Of a stretch of 64,000 nucleotides of DNA, positions 30,160-46,974 are shown piece by piece. Location of the stretch: the NCBI RefSeq assembly GCF_009914755.1, contig NC_060946.1; one strand, 5' to 3'. The notes beneath the pieces were generated by a model. That model was not told the DNA's origin and searched no databases. It saw only the letters and a program-made list of their open reading frames with translations. Numbering within the stretch: position 1 is the stretch's first letter; each line of letters starts with the position of its first letter. Origin of the DNA: the human T2T-CHM13v2.0 reference genome, Homo sapiens. A program made the translations under genes and the position numbers.

Positions 30160-31025
30160 TAGTACAGAACAGGAGTTTAGACAGAAGCTTTGGAGTCAGG
30201 TTCCTGAGTTGTAATTCTGATTCTCCAACTAGCTCTGTAACCAGGGGTAAGATATTTGATTCCTTTGTACTTCAATACCTAACTATAGAAATAAAATTAT
30301 GACACATTTCATAGGGCACTTGAAAGAATTTAATGAAGCAATATGTGTAAAATTGAAATGTGTTTGATACATAGCACATGCTCAATACAAGTTAGCATAG
30401 GGTGCCATTATTTTTATTAGTATTTAAATCACACAAAGAAGGAAGAAACATCTGCTATTCAATTTATATGTTATTGCAGGTGAAGAGAAGGCATTTAAAT
30501 GAAGATTTGGAGGGGACCATAAAACTTTTCCAATTTTCTATAATTCTACACTGACTCTCAAAATGTTGAGAAACTACGAAGACTAATCCAGGTCTTTTGA
30601 TTCTCCGTCTATCACTCACTCCATTAATTCCACCGCTTGTACAATCCAAGTCTCCTGGCTCCTCTCTAGCACTTTCATCACTTTACTTTTGCTATTACAA
30701 CTACAACTACTATTAGTACTTATATTACAACTATTGCTATTACTACTATTACTACAACCATCATTAATTCTGCTGTTGTGCTCTCCTCTCTACTAGAAAC
30801 CATTTATGATGCATAACTTTTGCCAGACACCTTAAAGGTATTATTTCTAATCATCACAACAATCTGGAAAGAATTGTATGTATGTCCCCATTTTACAGAT
30901 GAGGAAATTGTTAACTCACTTGCTAACCATTCACAGCCAGTTAGCAGAGGGGTCAGGATTCCAAACTAGGTCCCTCTGCTTCCCAAGACCATGCATTTTC
31001 ACTTTACCAGTCTGCCTCTCTGCCT
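30160..31025. mobile_element. MIR (+, 30160-30420), low-complexity (ACT/ATT)n, MIR (-, 30790-31025)
   Basis: MIR cores tttggagtcagg and ccccattttacagatgaggaaa. Confidence 0.75.
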
Positions 31026-32150
31026 AAAAGTTATTTGAACACAATAGAGCCGATTTTCACCAAAGTCTTACAGCTGTTTCTCTCAGCCTGCAAAACAGAT
31101 TGCTCCCAGTTGCTAAGCCTAAAGATCTGTGCCAATTTGTCAAAACGCCCATGGCGTTTTAATGATTTAGAAAAGCACAGGCCAATGGCTTTTTCTACGC
31201 ACAGCAGATGCCTCTGTTCCAAGAACTATAACAGCATCAAAGTGAAGTGCACCCACTGATTTGCAATTTTTCCTGCAAGTGACAAGTCCATGGATGTGGA
31301 CTTGCTGGGAGGTGGGGGGAACCAATGGCAAGGATGAGTTCTGTCATGCTCATCCGCCAGGAGAAAGGGAGCAAAATATGACCAAGATAAAACTACCTCA
31401 GGGTGGGAATCTGGCAGAGGATGGACTAAAGATTAGCTTAAAATAAGTATTTTCTTCCTTCTGGTATTTGGAAAGCCTTGACCCTTCAGCTTTCTTATTT
31501 TGGCTTTTGCCTTCCAGCTCCTGGCCTGATTATTTTGATAAAGTGCATCCCTAAATGATGGTCTCACTGGAGTCTAGTTGACAGAAATGCAAAGCAGTAA
31601 AGAGAAGAAAGCTGGGCAGCATGGAAGCTGCAGATAAATGAGGCCTATTCTCAAGGCAGGGTGAAAAATGGGGGAGTAACGGCAGCCATTTTGCAAGGTG
31701 CTTGACTTATGGACTCATAAGTCCTTTAGAATCTGGAGTTAGTGCTTCAAAATGATGGAGAAAAATGAGAAAATGACTGCACACCAAATATAACCCATGT
31801 TTCTGGGGGCAGGGAGCAGGAGCCTGTGCTTATGCCTCTTGTGGCATTTCTGTGCCCCATTCATCATCTGGCCTGGGGGATTCCCGAACCCTGGAAAACT
31901 CTGAAAAGCTTCAAAGGTTGAATGTGCTTTGAATTCTGAATTATTTGAACTCATTCAAATTCTCATTTTTCCAAGGGCTGCTAAACCTCGTCAGGAGCTT
32001 GTTTTCTAAAGCAGGTACAGACATCTGAGCATGCAAGGTAGCAAGGAGAAATTTCGAGTAGACTCTGGGGAGAGAGAGAACAGAATGAGTGTGGAGGAGA
32101 GGTAACTTCCGGGTATAGGAAGTTGTCTAAGTCAGGTTGTTAGCAGCCTA

Positions 32151-32222
32151 GGTGGTGGTGGTGTTAGTGATGATGATGATGATGATGATAATGATGATGA
32201 CAATGATGATGATACAATAATA
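32151..32222. repeat. (GGT)/(GAT)n microsatellite
   Basis: Seen directly. Confidence 0.9.
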
Positions 32223-32599
32223 GCAGGTACCACTAGTAAAGCATTTACTTTATGCCAAGCCTGTGCTAAGAACCTTTATATGTGACATGTGTCCTATGTC
32301 TACAGGTGTCATATGTTTCCTCCTTCCTCTTGTCCTCTCTCTAGCTTTCACCCCATTCCTTCTTTACTTGGCCTCCTTCCTTCCTTGTTTTTAGTCTAGG
32401 ATCGAAAAGTCTAGGCTGTGGGGGGCCTCAGACCATGGAGAATGCATGATCAAGTTTCCTGGGATAGAGGTATGGTTGGGCAGATGAGAAAAGAGTTCCC
32501 AGACAAGGGATGGGGGAGAGGGAACACCTAGCTTCAATGTTGGTGAAAGTCCCTAAGAAAAGGGCCTTGTAGTTTGAGACCCTGGAGATAATTTTCTTT

Positions 32600-33320
32600 G
32601 CATTTTAAGGCTGCCATAACAAAGTACCACAGACTGGTAACCAATGGAAATTTATACATATCCTCATGATTCTGGAGGCCAGAAGTCCAAGATCAAGGTG
32701 TTGACAAGATGATCTCTCTCCTTGACTTGTAGATAGTGTTTTCTCTCTGCATCCATCTTCAATTGGTTCTTCCTGCCATTCAGATTGGCGTGCCTGTGTT
32801 ATACTAATTGTGAAATATTTTGAACACATCTTGCCCATCTTGCCCTATACTTCTGTATTACACTGCCTCCCATGGACCAAAATGTCCTACCAAATGCCTT
32901 CACCCTAGGAAATGCATTGCATCATTCAAGATAGGCTGCAGTAACAGCCTTCATATCCAGCAAATTAATCTACAAAAGTCTTGCTCATGTTACATATCCA
33001 GCATGTGTCAACAAGGAGTCTCTGCTCATCCATATCACTCAGGGTCCTAGCAAATGAAGCCTTCATCTCACCATGTGCTTGCACAGTGAAAATGCTTGCA
33101 GAATGAGACAATGGTATATTAAACACTGACTGTCAATGCTCCTTCAAGGAAGTGACATATATCATGCCCACTTACATTTCATTGGCCAATGTGAATCACA
33201 TTGGCATATGCCTATCTTCAAAGGGAACAATCCTACCTGTCATGTGTCTGGAAGGAAGGAACAATCCTACCTGTCATGTGTTTGGTGATGAGCATTAATG
33301 ACTGCCCCACATACCTAGCA
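32600..33320 (-). mobile_element. MLT1 LTR fragments (A-C-like, then older J/K-like)
   Basis: ggctgccataacaaagtaccacagactgg...; cacttacatttcattggcca. Confidence 0.75.
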
Positions 33321-33405
33321 CTTAGTGACAAGAAAAAAGAACCTGAGAATCCTAACTGTTTTGAGATTATGTTTCTGACACAGTGGATTTATAATAAAAA
33401 AGCAA

Positions 33406-33723
<318 letters not shown>

Positions 33724-33984
33724 TAAATAAGCAAGTTCTAATAATATTAATTGTATTTTTTAAAAATCTGAGTTCCCCAACTGGAATGTGTTGGGGAATG
33801 CTACACATAAATTATTTCATCAAATAATTACAAAAGCACTTTGAGATGAATATTTTGATTCTCCAGACAACAAAACTGAGCTATGAGAAATTAAATAACT
33901 TGCATGAGGACTCAAATAAATGGTACAGCTAAGATTTGGACCCCAGTCTACCTGACTCCCTTCTAACTTGAAAACACATATTCT

Positions 33985-34710
33985 CATTTGTTTATTCATT
34001 CAACATTTCTTTATTGAGAATCAACTATGTGTTCAACACTGTTAGGAAGTTGACAATAGTGCAGTAAGCAAGAGAGACAAGGTTTCTCCTGCATGCAGGT
34101 TAAATTTTAAGGGAAAGAGTAGGAAATCTGGAATAAAAACCAAGTAGACAAATACATAAAGAAGAGAGTTTCAGATATCAATAAGTTCTATAATGAAAAT
34201 AACATGGGGTTATACATTCGAGTGGTTATTTTGAGGAGGTAATATTTGCCCTCAGACCTGCATGTTAAGGAGCTGTCCATGTGAATGCTTGAGGGAAAAG
34301 TCATTTGGACAAAAGGAAGAGTTAGTTCCAAGGCCCCGAGTTTGGGACAAGCTTGGTGCACGTAACAAACAAACGGATCTCTCATGTAGTTGCAAATGTT
34401 GGCTGAGGCTGTAGTCACATGAAAGCTTCATTAGACTGAATGTCAAAGGTGGTTCAGGCATATGGTTGGCAAGTGATGGTAGCTGTTATCTAGGAGCTTA
34501 ACTGAAGCTCCATCTGAACACCTTCCCCTACGTGTAGCCTCTCCGGGTGGCATGGACTTCTCATAGCAGGATGGCTTGGTTCCAAGAGGAGATGTCCAAG
34601 ACTAAACATCCCAGGAGGCGAAAAGCAAAAACTAGCTTGAAACTGGCACAGAATCTCTCCTACAGTATTCTAGTGGTCAAAGCAATCACAAGACCTGCTC
34701 AGATTCAAAG
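33985..34710 (-). mobile_element. L2 fragment followed by an old MLT1 fragment
   Basis: ttcattcaacatttctttattgagaatcaactatgtg (L2 end); ggatggcttggttccaagagg (MLT1). Confidence 0.7.
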
Positions 34711-34714
34711 GAGT

Positions 34715-35140
34715 TATACTGGGTAGAAAATGTCCTCTAAAATTTATATTTGCCCAGAATGTTGGGATATGGCTTTATTTTATAGGTTCTTTGCAGTTAT
34801 AATTAAGATGAGATCATACTGGATTAGAGTGGGGCCTAAATCCAATGACTGGTATTCTTATAAGAGGAGATATTCAGACAAAGAGAGATGCAGGGAAGAA
34901 AGCCATGTGATGATGGAGGCAGAGACGAGTGATGCAACTTTAAGTCGAGGAACACCAAGGGTTGCCAGCAACCACCACAGCTGGAGAGAGGCATGGAACA
35001 GATCCCCCTTTATATCCCCCAAAAGGAACCAACTCTGCTGACACCTTGACTTTGAACTTCTGACCTCCAGAACTGTGAGAGCACAAATTTCCATTGTTTT
35101 GAGCCTCCCAGTTTGCATGACAGCCCTAGGAAACGAATAC
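34715..35140 (+). mobile_element. MLT1B/C LTR
   Basis: taattaagatgagatcatactggattag...ccagaactgtgagag...gacagccctaggaaacgaataca. Confidence 0.9.
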
Positions 35141-35914
35141 ATGAGTGGAGAAACACCCCAGCTGAGTGTGCTAAGGTTGCATTACAGAAGAATAAAACAA
35201 TGATGAGAGATAGTGGTGCCATCTTTGGAAAAGACAATCTGCTACAACTGTTTATATCCAAAAGCAATAATAGACTCAGTAGTTGTCAGCTTGGTTTCAT
35301 TTTTCTTTGGAAATTCATATGTTCTGTTTCTGTTCATGACTGTGTGTATGTGTTCCTTGTGATAAGTCTCCCAAAATCTTCTTTGGGAAGTGCTGGAACA
35401 TGAGCAAACCAACATTTTCCCCTGGGTTAGTATTACAGCTTACACCTCAACCTGCAAGTTTCATGATTTTTTCCGCCAGACTGAATTTCAAACACTTTCT
35501 CAGCAGGATGTAAACATTGAACTCAAGCTTTGACAATTTCTGAGCTCCTGCTGTGGCTGAGATCAAGGAATCATAATTAATCATGAAGGTGTTGGTGGAT
35601 GCTGCTGCTCCTCTCCATGCTCCTTCCCACAAAGCATTAGGGCCAGTCTAGCCCAAACCTACCAGGAGACCACAGGAATTGAGTAGATGTGGCAGCTACC
35701 TCAGGGTCTGAAAAGTTGGAATCTGTCCCAATCATGGGAAAGAGAGACTTAAGTAAGCGTCCTGGGCCTTCTGAACATGCCTGTATAGGTTAGGAGATTT
35801 AAGTTATGAAGCCTAAAGACCATTGAATCGCTGGCATCTCATTGTCAAGTAAGACAGTGGATGTGGACAAGCTTTGAAATGTAACAAATATAAGAGAGTA
35901 GAGATCATCAGCGT

Positions 35915-36060
35915 GGTTAGAATTGGACCATAATGGTGTTTTAGTCCAACTCTTACCAAATCCTTCCACTATATCCCTCTGGAGATTATGCAGCTTGGTC
36001 TGAATTTCTTCACTGACAGGGAGATCACTGCCATATGAACATATTAAGGATCCAGCCATC
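35915..36060. mobile_element. L3/CR1-like 3' fragment
   Basis: cttcactgacagggagatcactgcc resembles the CR1/L3 3' region. Confidence 0.5.
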
Positions 36061-36477
36061 AATGGTGAGGAAACTTGCTATCCGTCCAGACAATTTATTA
36101 GCAAAATATCATGACTTTGCCGTGCATAAGTGTAAGAATTAAACATGCATGGTATATTTAAACCATGATAAGCTTAAACATGCATGGTAAGAAACACAAG
36201 TTGAGAAAGGAAATGTAAAATTAGTCCAAGATAATTGAACTCTGTGGTTTCCTGGTTCTGTCCTCTTAACCTAAAACCAAAACCAAAAAGACATGCAAAT
36301 CCTGCTAAAGTTGACTTTACTAGGAAAAAAAAGAATATTTAAGGAAATGAATGTTTATGAGCTCATGTAATAAGAAGAATTACTCCCCCTGAAAAAAAAA
36401 ACCTGCAACTAATACATTAAATCTAAAAGAACTATAAGTATATTTAAAATGAACAAAGTAATAAGAAATAGAAATAC

Positions 36478-36978
36478 TGTAACTGGCAAAAGGGTCTGGC
36501 TGCTCACCACTTGTGGAAAAAAGTCAAAAATAATAACGAGTTGTGATAAAAGGGAGTGAGATTTCATTATCCATGCTAGCAGGGGAAGAGCAGAAAGCAA
36601 TTCCACTCTTCAGGCAGGTGTGGGTTCCATCCTTGAAGTAGTCTTTTGTTGGAAAGAGATATCCAGAGGTGCCTGGCCCCATCAAGATCCGACTCCTGAA
36701 GCTTCTAAGGAAATATATGACCAGATGAGATAGCATGGTCCATGCTTAACAAGCACTTAGGTAAATAAATGTGCATAACGCACGGGAGTACAGTATGGTA
36801 AAGGAAAGGGAGTGGAGGCTGACATCACATTCAGAGGCTGTATTTTAAGATGAAAGGTAACATATATGTAGTTTGTCTCAAAGTTATATCTTGAGACCAG
36901 GATGGGGACGAGGAAAGGGGACAGAAGAAAAAGGTTTCAAATGCAGTTTGAGGCTCAGCTGCTAAGCTGCTGGTTACA
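36478..36978 (-). mobile_element. Solo LTR (probably ERV1 class) inserted in an old L1M
   Basis: 501 bp bounded by the inverted termini tgtaac...gttaca; compositionally distinct from the A-rich L1 flanks. Confidence 0.75.
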
Positions 36979-36979
36979 A

Positions 36980-38060
36980 TAATAATAAATTGGAAACAAC
37001 AACCAAAAAAGCTGTTTAGAGTTTTTAAAGGAGCACAAATATAACTTCAATTAATTAAAAACTCAGCAGTTAGGTTAAAATCAAATTAGATGCAGCTAGA
37101 AAGAGAATGAGTAAACCAGGAAAATTAGCCAGAATGCAACAAAAAGAGATAAAGGGAAAATATAAAATAGAAGTTAGAGACATAGAGGATAAAATAGAGT
37201 GTCTGGAATATATCTTGATCCTGTAAGTGGCTAGCCAGAGAACCTCAAAAACTGACATAATTGCAAAGAAAAAGTAATATATCTATAATCATAGGGCGTG
37301 ATTTGACAATATCTGTCCTAGGAACTGATATATTTAGTATACCAAATATTAGTGGGAATTAGAACATTTAAACAATCTCATGAGCAAACTTGAGCTAATG
37401 GACAAAATAGAGAAATTTACCACCAAAGAAAATGCATTTGCTTTCTGGCTTATGTGAAATTATTGAAAAAATTGACCACAGAATAGCCCATAAGTAAAAT
37501 CTCAGCAAGTACCAAAGAATAAATATTTTACAGTGCCATAAAATTAGAAATCAATAACAAGAATATAAAGCCACACTCACTTGGTAACTGAAAATACACA
37601 TCTTTATCATTCATAGTTTGAAGGAAAAATTACAATGGAATTAGCAAACATTAAGCATCGTATAACAATGAAACCAGTACATACAGAACCCTTTGTGACA
37701 TTACTGAAGTAGTGGTTCCTGGAAAATGTATAGCCTTAAATTCATATATTGAGAAATAAGGAACACTGAAAATAATTTAGGAAGTGGTTACATTTAAGAA
37801 GATCAAAGAGAAATAACAGATTAAATCCAAAAGGAATAGAATGGAAGCAATAATAAAAGTAAGAGTCAAAATTAATAAAATAGAAAAAAAATAAGATCAA
37901 ATCAAAGTTATCTTCAAAAAACAAATAAATTAAAACTTTGGCAAGATTAATCGCAAAAAGGAGAGAGAAGGCAAAAATTAACCTTATTAGGAATGTAAAA
38001 AAAAAAAAACCTCAACAGACCTGCATATTTTATAAACCATAATAGAATACTATGCTAAAC
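36980..38060 (+). mobile_element. Old L1M ORF1/ORF2 fragments
   Basis: A-rich L1 sense text (aaattagaaatcaataacaa, ggcaagattaatc). Confidence 0.7.
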
Positions 38061-38089
38061 ATTATTGTTTCTCTGTTCATGCTGGAATT

Positions 38090-39640
<1,551 letters not shown>

Positions 39641-39659
39641 TATGGATCCCGTGGTCATC

Positions 39660-40400
39660 AACTTTAAGAACTCTTTCTCATCCATTAGTAACTCAATCTA
39701 GGTTCAGATGCTACTCGTTTTCTGCTCAGTCTGTGTCTGAGCCCCTTATGCTCTTCATTTTGTCATCCAATTAACCTCAGCTTTGCATCAATACTATTTC
39801 TTGCTTTGGTGCCTGTTACCTCTCCTCTAATCACCAATCCACAACTTACCTCCAAATTCAGGGCTTGTCTCATTCTTCCCAGGAGGAGTGCTGCTCAGTC
39901 TATCTACTTAGTATTATAATTTCTCTGGCTTGGTATCAAGGCACTCCCATTTCCGGCTTCCATGAGATGTCTCAGAGGGCATGCTGCCCGGTGTAGCTGC
40001 ATGGTCAAGCTTCTTCATATCTCTTGCCTCATCACTTAAACTCACTATTTTGTACTCCTGCTTCAGCTATAGGGAGCTACTGTTAGTTTCTTGAAGACAT
40101 ATGCTCTCTCTCTCTCTCACATCTGGACCTGAGCACATCCTGTTACTGCTGCTTGAAACAATGTGATCCCCAGGCACACACCATTAGCTTAGAAGCCTCC
40201 CCTGATTCTTCAAGGCTGGTTGAGTCCCTTCTCTGTGCTCTCATGACAACAGTTGGCAATTCCTCGTTGCAGCACCTAGCCCATGATGCTCTTTGGAGGC
40301 AGAGACTGAGTCTTTCTCACTATTGAATTTCCAGCATTCATCACAGAGCCTGGCATATATAAAGCCCTCCATCATATGTATTAAGTGAATGGATAAATGA
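39660..40400 (+). mobile_element. L2 fragment
   Basis: ccagcattcatcacagagcctggcatat...gtgaatggataaatg terminus. Confidence 0.65.
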
Positions 40401-40408
40401 AAAAAAGT

Positions 40409-40568
40409 TATATATATGTACATATATGTGTATATATGTATATGTATATATGTGTATATATGTGTGTATATGTGTGTGTATATATGTACATATATATGTA
40501 TCTATGTACATATATGTATATATGTATATATATGTGTGTGTATATGTGTGTGTGTATGTATATATATT
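40409..40568. repeat. ~160-bp alternating purine-pyrimidine (TA/TG/CA)n microsatellite
   Basis: Seen directly. Confidence 0.95.
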
Positions 40569-41050
40569 ACAATGAAATACTATTCAGCCTTAAAAAGGCA
40601 GGGAATCCTGTCATTTAACACAATATGGATAAACCTAGAGGACTCTAAAGGCAAATACCACATGTTCTCACTCACAAAATCTAAACAAGTTGAACTCCTA
40701 CAAGTAGAGAGTAGGATGATGGTTACCAAGGGCTGGGGGACGGGAGAGGATGGGGAAAGCATAGCTGTCCATCAAAGGGTAGAAAGTTTCATTTAGACAA
40801 GAGGAATCAGCTTTAGTGATCTATTTCACAGAATGGTGACTATAATTAATAATGCATTACATAATTCAAAATTGCTAAAAGTAGATCTTAAATGTTTTCA
40901 CCATAGAAAAATAAGTATGTGAGGTAGTGAATATGTTGACTAGCCTGATTTAATCATTTCACATTGTAAACATATATCAAAACATCACATTGTGCCCAAT
41001 AAATATATTTAAAATATTATTTTTTCAATTAAAAATAAAATTTTAAAGAT
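40569..41050 (+). mobile_element. L1MA 3' end
   Basis: acaatgaaatactattcagccttaaaaagg...aaaattgctaaaagtagatcttaaatgt. Confidence 0.9.
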
Positions 41051-41589
41051 AAAGAATGAATAGTAAGTAGACTGTCAGTATGTTCATAGAATACTCTTAG
41101 CAGGTGGGAACCCTGAATCACTAATGACCTCAGGGCAGTTATGTACCTCTGGTGGAGAGAGGTGATTCATTCTGCTCCCAGAACTTGTTAAAAATATCCC
41201 TTAACCAAATTCAATTTATATGCACCTATCAATCTTCTAGTCTTAATGCACTTCCCCAAGTAGATTTCTTAAACTAGAACAGAAATGTGTTGGCTGAGTG
41301 ACACATTCTCAGTCTATTGCTAGATAGACTGAGAATTGCACACTGTTAGGTGATTATGTTGGCTCTGTACTTTTTAAAGCTATTTTATACAATTTTGGTT
41401 CATATGGACACGATCTCAGCACTCCTGCTGGGAACTAACAGAACTAAGCTTTTCTTTCCGTTTTTTTCATATATATGTTATCCAAGGAGGACAATTTTTA
41501 TTTATGTTTTTCTCACAGGGTCTTGAGGGTGCTCAATTAACATAGTTGAGTTGAGCAGTTAGTGAAAGTGAGAACTAAACTCTAGGGAC

Positions 41590-42063
41590 ATGTATGAGTT
41601 TGCTAGGGCTGCTGTAACAAAGTACCACAACTGGTGGCATATCAACAGAAAAGTATTGTCTCACAGTTCTGGAGCCTCGAAGTCTGAGATGTCACATAGG
41701 TTTGGTTCCATTTGAAGACTGTGAAGAACAGCCTGCCCCATGTTTCTACACCAGCTTCTGGTGGTTTGCTGGCAATCTTTGACATTTTTGCCTAGTACAA
41801 GCATCACCTCCATCTCTGCCTTCCTCTCCACATGGCATTTTCCCTGTGTGTGTCTCTATTTGTCTGAATTTCCCCTTTCTATAAGGACATCAGTCACATT
41901 GGATTGAGTGCTCACCTTTCTCCAGGATGACCTCATCTAAACTCATCTAATTCCATCTACAATGACTCCATTTACAAATAGTCACATTCTGAGGTAGCAA
42001 GGGTTAGGACTTCAGCATATGAATTTGCATGGGGGGCAGTAGAGCTAATTCAACCCATAACAA
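41590..42063 (-). mobile_element. MLT1C-like solo LTR
   Basis: tgtatgagtttgctagggctgctgtaacaaagtaccac...ttcaacccataaca. Confidence 0.9.
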
Positions 42064-42119
42064 GACAGAATTAACAATAACCATTGAAAACTTTAAATAA
42101 AGCTTTATATCAAAACATA

Positions 42120-42690
42120 CTTTTAAGTAAAACTTTATTTAGATATAATTTATGTATATTTTAAGTGTACAGTTTGATGCGTTTTGACACATGTACACAT
42201 CTATTTAACTTCTACCACTATCAAGATATAAAACATTTTTTATCACCTCAGAAAGTTCCTTTGCTTCTCTTTTTAATCAATATTCCCCAACCCAATCACC
42301 ATTCTGACAACCACTTATTTGATTTCTGTCACCAATGATTAGTTTTGTCTATTCTAGAACATCAAATATTCCTTGGAATTATATACTTTGTAGTCTTTAA
42401 TGTCAGGCAATTTTTCTGTAAATGTAATGCCTGTGAGAGTCATCCATTTTATGTGTATCAGTAATTTTTTCCTTTTATTGCTGAGTAGAATTTCACTTCA
42501 TAAATATACCAACATTTCTCTATCCGTTCATTTGTTGTTGGACAGTTGGGTTGTTTCCAGTTTCAGGCTTTCCTGAACAGGCCTTCTATGAGCATTCATG
42601 TGCTAATATTTTTTTGTGGGCATATGTTCTTATTTCTTTTGGATAAATATTTAGACATGAAAGTGTTGAGTCATGCATAAAGAGTTTTCA
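42120..42690 (-). mobile_element. Old L1MC/ME 3' end
   Basis: tttaagtgtacagtttgatg...ttgggttgtttccagttt. Confidence 0.8.
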
Positions 42691-42835
42691 GGTCACCTTT
42701 TTTTATTCTGAAAGTAGTAAAATCAGCCAAGCATTCATTGGCGTTAGGGACTTACCCATGGAGCCCATTCTCAATAAAAGTCCTGAAACCCACTCCAGGC
42801 AAAAGTGTAGGTATCATCATTCCAATAGTAAATAA

Positions 42836-43182
<347 letters not shown>

Positions 43183-43813
43183 TATAGTTTTTAAAGTCTT
43201 TTCATATTCACTGTCTAGTTCAATTATTGTCACAAATTCTAATAAGCTAAGCAAAGATGACCATCCCCATTGTGCAGATGAGGAAACTGAGTCTCAAAAA
43301 GGCTAAGCAACTTTTTAGAAGAGAGCTGAAACATGAATCCAAGCCTCTGACTTTTTATGCTCCCTGAACTCCATTCTTTAGCCCCATTTTATCCAAAATT
43401 CAGCTTGTTTGGATCAAAGTGGAAGGGAGTCCCTGGAAGAAGCACTTTGCAGGACAACCTAAGCCCCTTTGAACATGAGCACCAGATATGCTTTTAGGGT
43501 CTTCAAAGAAAAGATATACATTAGTCTCTGTAGGCAGTTAGAAATCAACTATGCCATCTGTCATCATCTTGACCTGCTACAGCTAAGGATCTTCAACTGA
43601 TGGCGTAAATCATCGTGTCTAAAATCTGATCCATTCATGAAATAATTACAAGAAAGGATGTTGAAGTGGCGGAGCTCTTAGTGATCACCAGGATGCTTCT
43701 AATCATGGAGTGTACGTAAGGAGGGGGAGGGGAAGTGGATAACAACTCCAACAACTTGAACAGTGGCAAAAACAACAGCCCCTGCCCTCAAAATGCCCCA
43801 CCAAGTCTTCATA

Positions 43814-44825
<1,012 letters not shown>

Positions 44826-45251
44826 TCATCCAAAAAAATGAGAAGTGTCAATAAAAAGATAATATGAAATATCTTAAAATGTATTTTATTAAACTTGCAA
44901 TTCATGGCTTCTGCTGCTCAAGGAACTGTCAAGCTTGAAACCTTGCAAATACTGCTGTAGCCATAGAAATGCACCATTTTAAAATAAAATAGCAACCTCT
45001 TTGGACATCCAGTAAAGTTCTTTCCTCAAGTCCTTCCACCAAATAATGCTTTTTAGGGTGATATGAGAATTTTATGTTCAAGTGTAGAAGAGTCCAACAC
45101 TGCAGAGACATCATTCAAAACATGTACAAATCACACTATTGCTGAAAACCCCACCATACTAGTCAAAGCTTTTATGGAAATTTTGCCAAATTCCTTAATC
45201 AAGTAACACTTTGGGATATTATGTACTGTCAGTGATTTTACAAAGTAAAGT

Positions 45252-45549
45252 GGCCAGGCGCGGTGGCTCACCCCTTTAATCCTAGCACTTTGGGAGGCTG
45301 AGCGGGATGGATCACCTGAGGCCAGGAGTTCGAGACCAGTCTGGCCAACGTGGCAAAACCCTGTCTCCACCAAAAATACAAAAATTAGCCAGGCGTGGTG
45401 GTGCGCACCTGTAATCCCAGCTTCTCAGGAGATTGGGGCCAGAGAATAGATTGAACCCAAGAGGTGGAGGTTGCAGTGAGCCGAGATCGCACCACTGCAC
45501 TCCAGCTTGGGTGCCAGAGCGAGACTCCATCTAAAAAATAAATAAATAA
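45252..45549 (+). mobile_element. AluSx
   Basis: Full dimer with (AAAT)n tail. Confidence 0.95.
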
Positions 45550-45932
45550 CAACTTTTAAAAACTGAAGAGAAATTATTAAGCATGAATTTCCAGCACATA
45601 TTGTGCTTTACATTTGGATTAAACCACTGATAGGCGGAGTATGAATCAATTTCTCAAATACGTGTAATGTATATATGACATAGAGTGTGGTCAACAACTT
45701 TTTATCACTGAAAGCCTGTGGCACAAGAAAAGCCTTTTAAAAAATTAAAGTGATTTTGTGAGCCATGAGAAGAACAGCACAAAATGTGCTGGGATCTATG
45801 CCAACAGTACACATAAATTTTTTCTAGCATTTTATTCACAGAGAATAATCAGTAGCCAACAATATGTCTCACAATCTTGATCTAAGGTTGAAAGACACTG
45901 TGAAAATTTTTACTATGAGAGAACTGCAGCCA

Positions 45933-45935
<3 letters not shown>

Positions 45936-45970
<35 letters not shown>
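45936..45970. repeat. (TG)n microsatellite
   Basis: Seen directly. Confidence 0.97.
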
Positions 45971-45971
<1 letters not shown>

Positions 45972-46974
45972 GTATCTTTTCAGTGTGGTATGTTAAGAAA
46001 AGGTCAGTGAATATAAAACTCTACTTTTAAAGTTGCACAGAGTGATTCATTAAAAAAAAACAAAACCAAAATGTTCTTTTTTAAAAAAAGTGAGGCATAA
46101 AAAGGAAATATTTCTTTGTGATTTAATTACTTCAATTACTTAGAATGGATTGATATGTTTCAAAATTGTAGTCAGTATCTAGAATAAACTGAATCTATCA
46201 TTTCAGAGCTAAAGGAGTATAATTTATAATATTCAGGACACAATATTAGAATGTCTTAAGAAGACCAAGCCGTGAATAAATTTGTCAATCATTACAGCTG
46301 ATAATTTTCTTCCTTTGTCAGTGAAAGAAACTAATGATATATTATTGATGATGTTTGAAAAATCACATCCAAATGCTGCCACAGATCACGTAAAAATATT
46401 TTCCAGAGACACATTCAACCAAAGAATTGATTGATATTCATCTTTCAAGTTGAAAGATTAGCTGAAAGCTAAAACGTTGCATGTTCTGTGTTTATGTCTA
46501 ATGAAATATGGACAATAATCTTCAGTGATAAATCTATTCTTTTTGCGTCAATGTTTCATTTGAATATCAATAATTATCTAAATGTTCTTATAAGTATGAA
46601 TGGGAATCTTCCAATATTGATGGGATAAAGAACAAGGCAGTGTACTGATTGTGGAGCCCGGACATATATCTCAAGCTATTCATTATCAAGCTAGACATAG
46701 ATAACCTGACTGGTGCCTTGCCTGAAACAGATGCCCGTGAGCTGGTCTGGAAATGCTGAGGAACTGAGAAACACTATTCTAGAAATTCTGACTAGGTTTC
46801 TCTTTCTTCTGAAAGCCTCCAACCCTGGACCAGGGAATTTACCCTGAATCACAGATAAATTTGACTCTTGACAAATTTAACAATAGTACTCACTCTTGCC
46901 ATTTCCTTTTGCCAAGATTGGAACCTCATAACTGAGGTTTGACTCATGACTCAATCTGATTTCTTCTTTTTTCA

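Larger units (their letters stand above)
44830..46720 (+). mobile_element. Decayed hAT-Charlie (Buster/ZBED5-like) transposase remnant
   Basis: Frame-broken motifs: HTIAEN (~45131), FIHRE (~45831), KLNLSFQ (~46187), VEP..IYLKLFIIKLDIDNL (~46650, hAT dimerisation domain). Confidence 0.7.
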
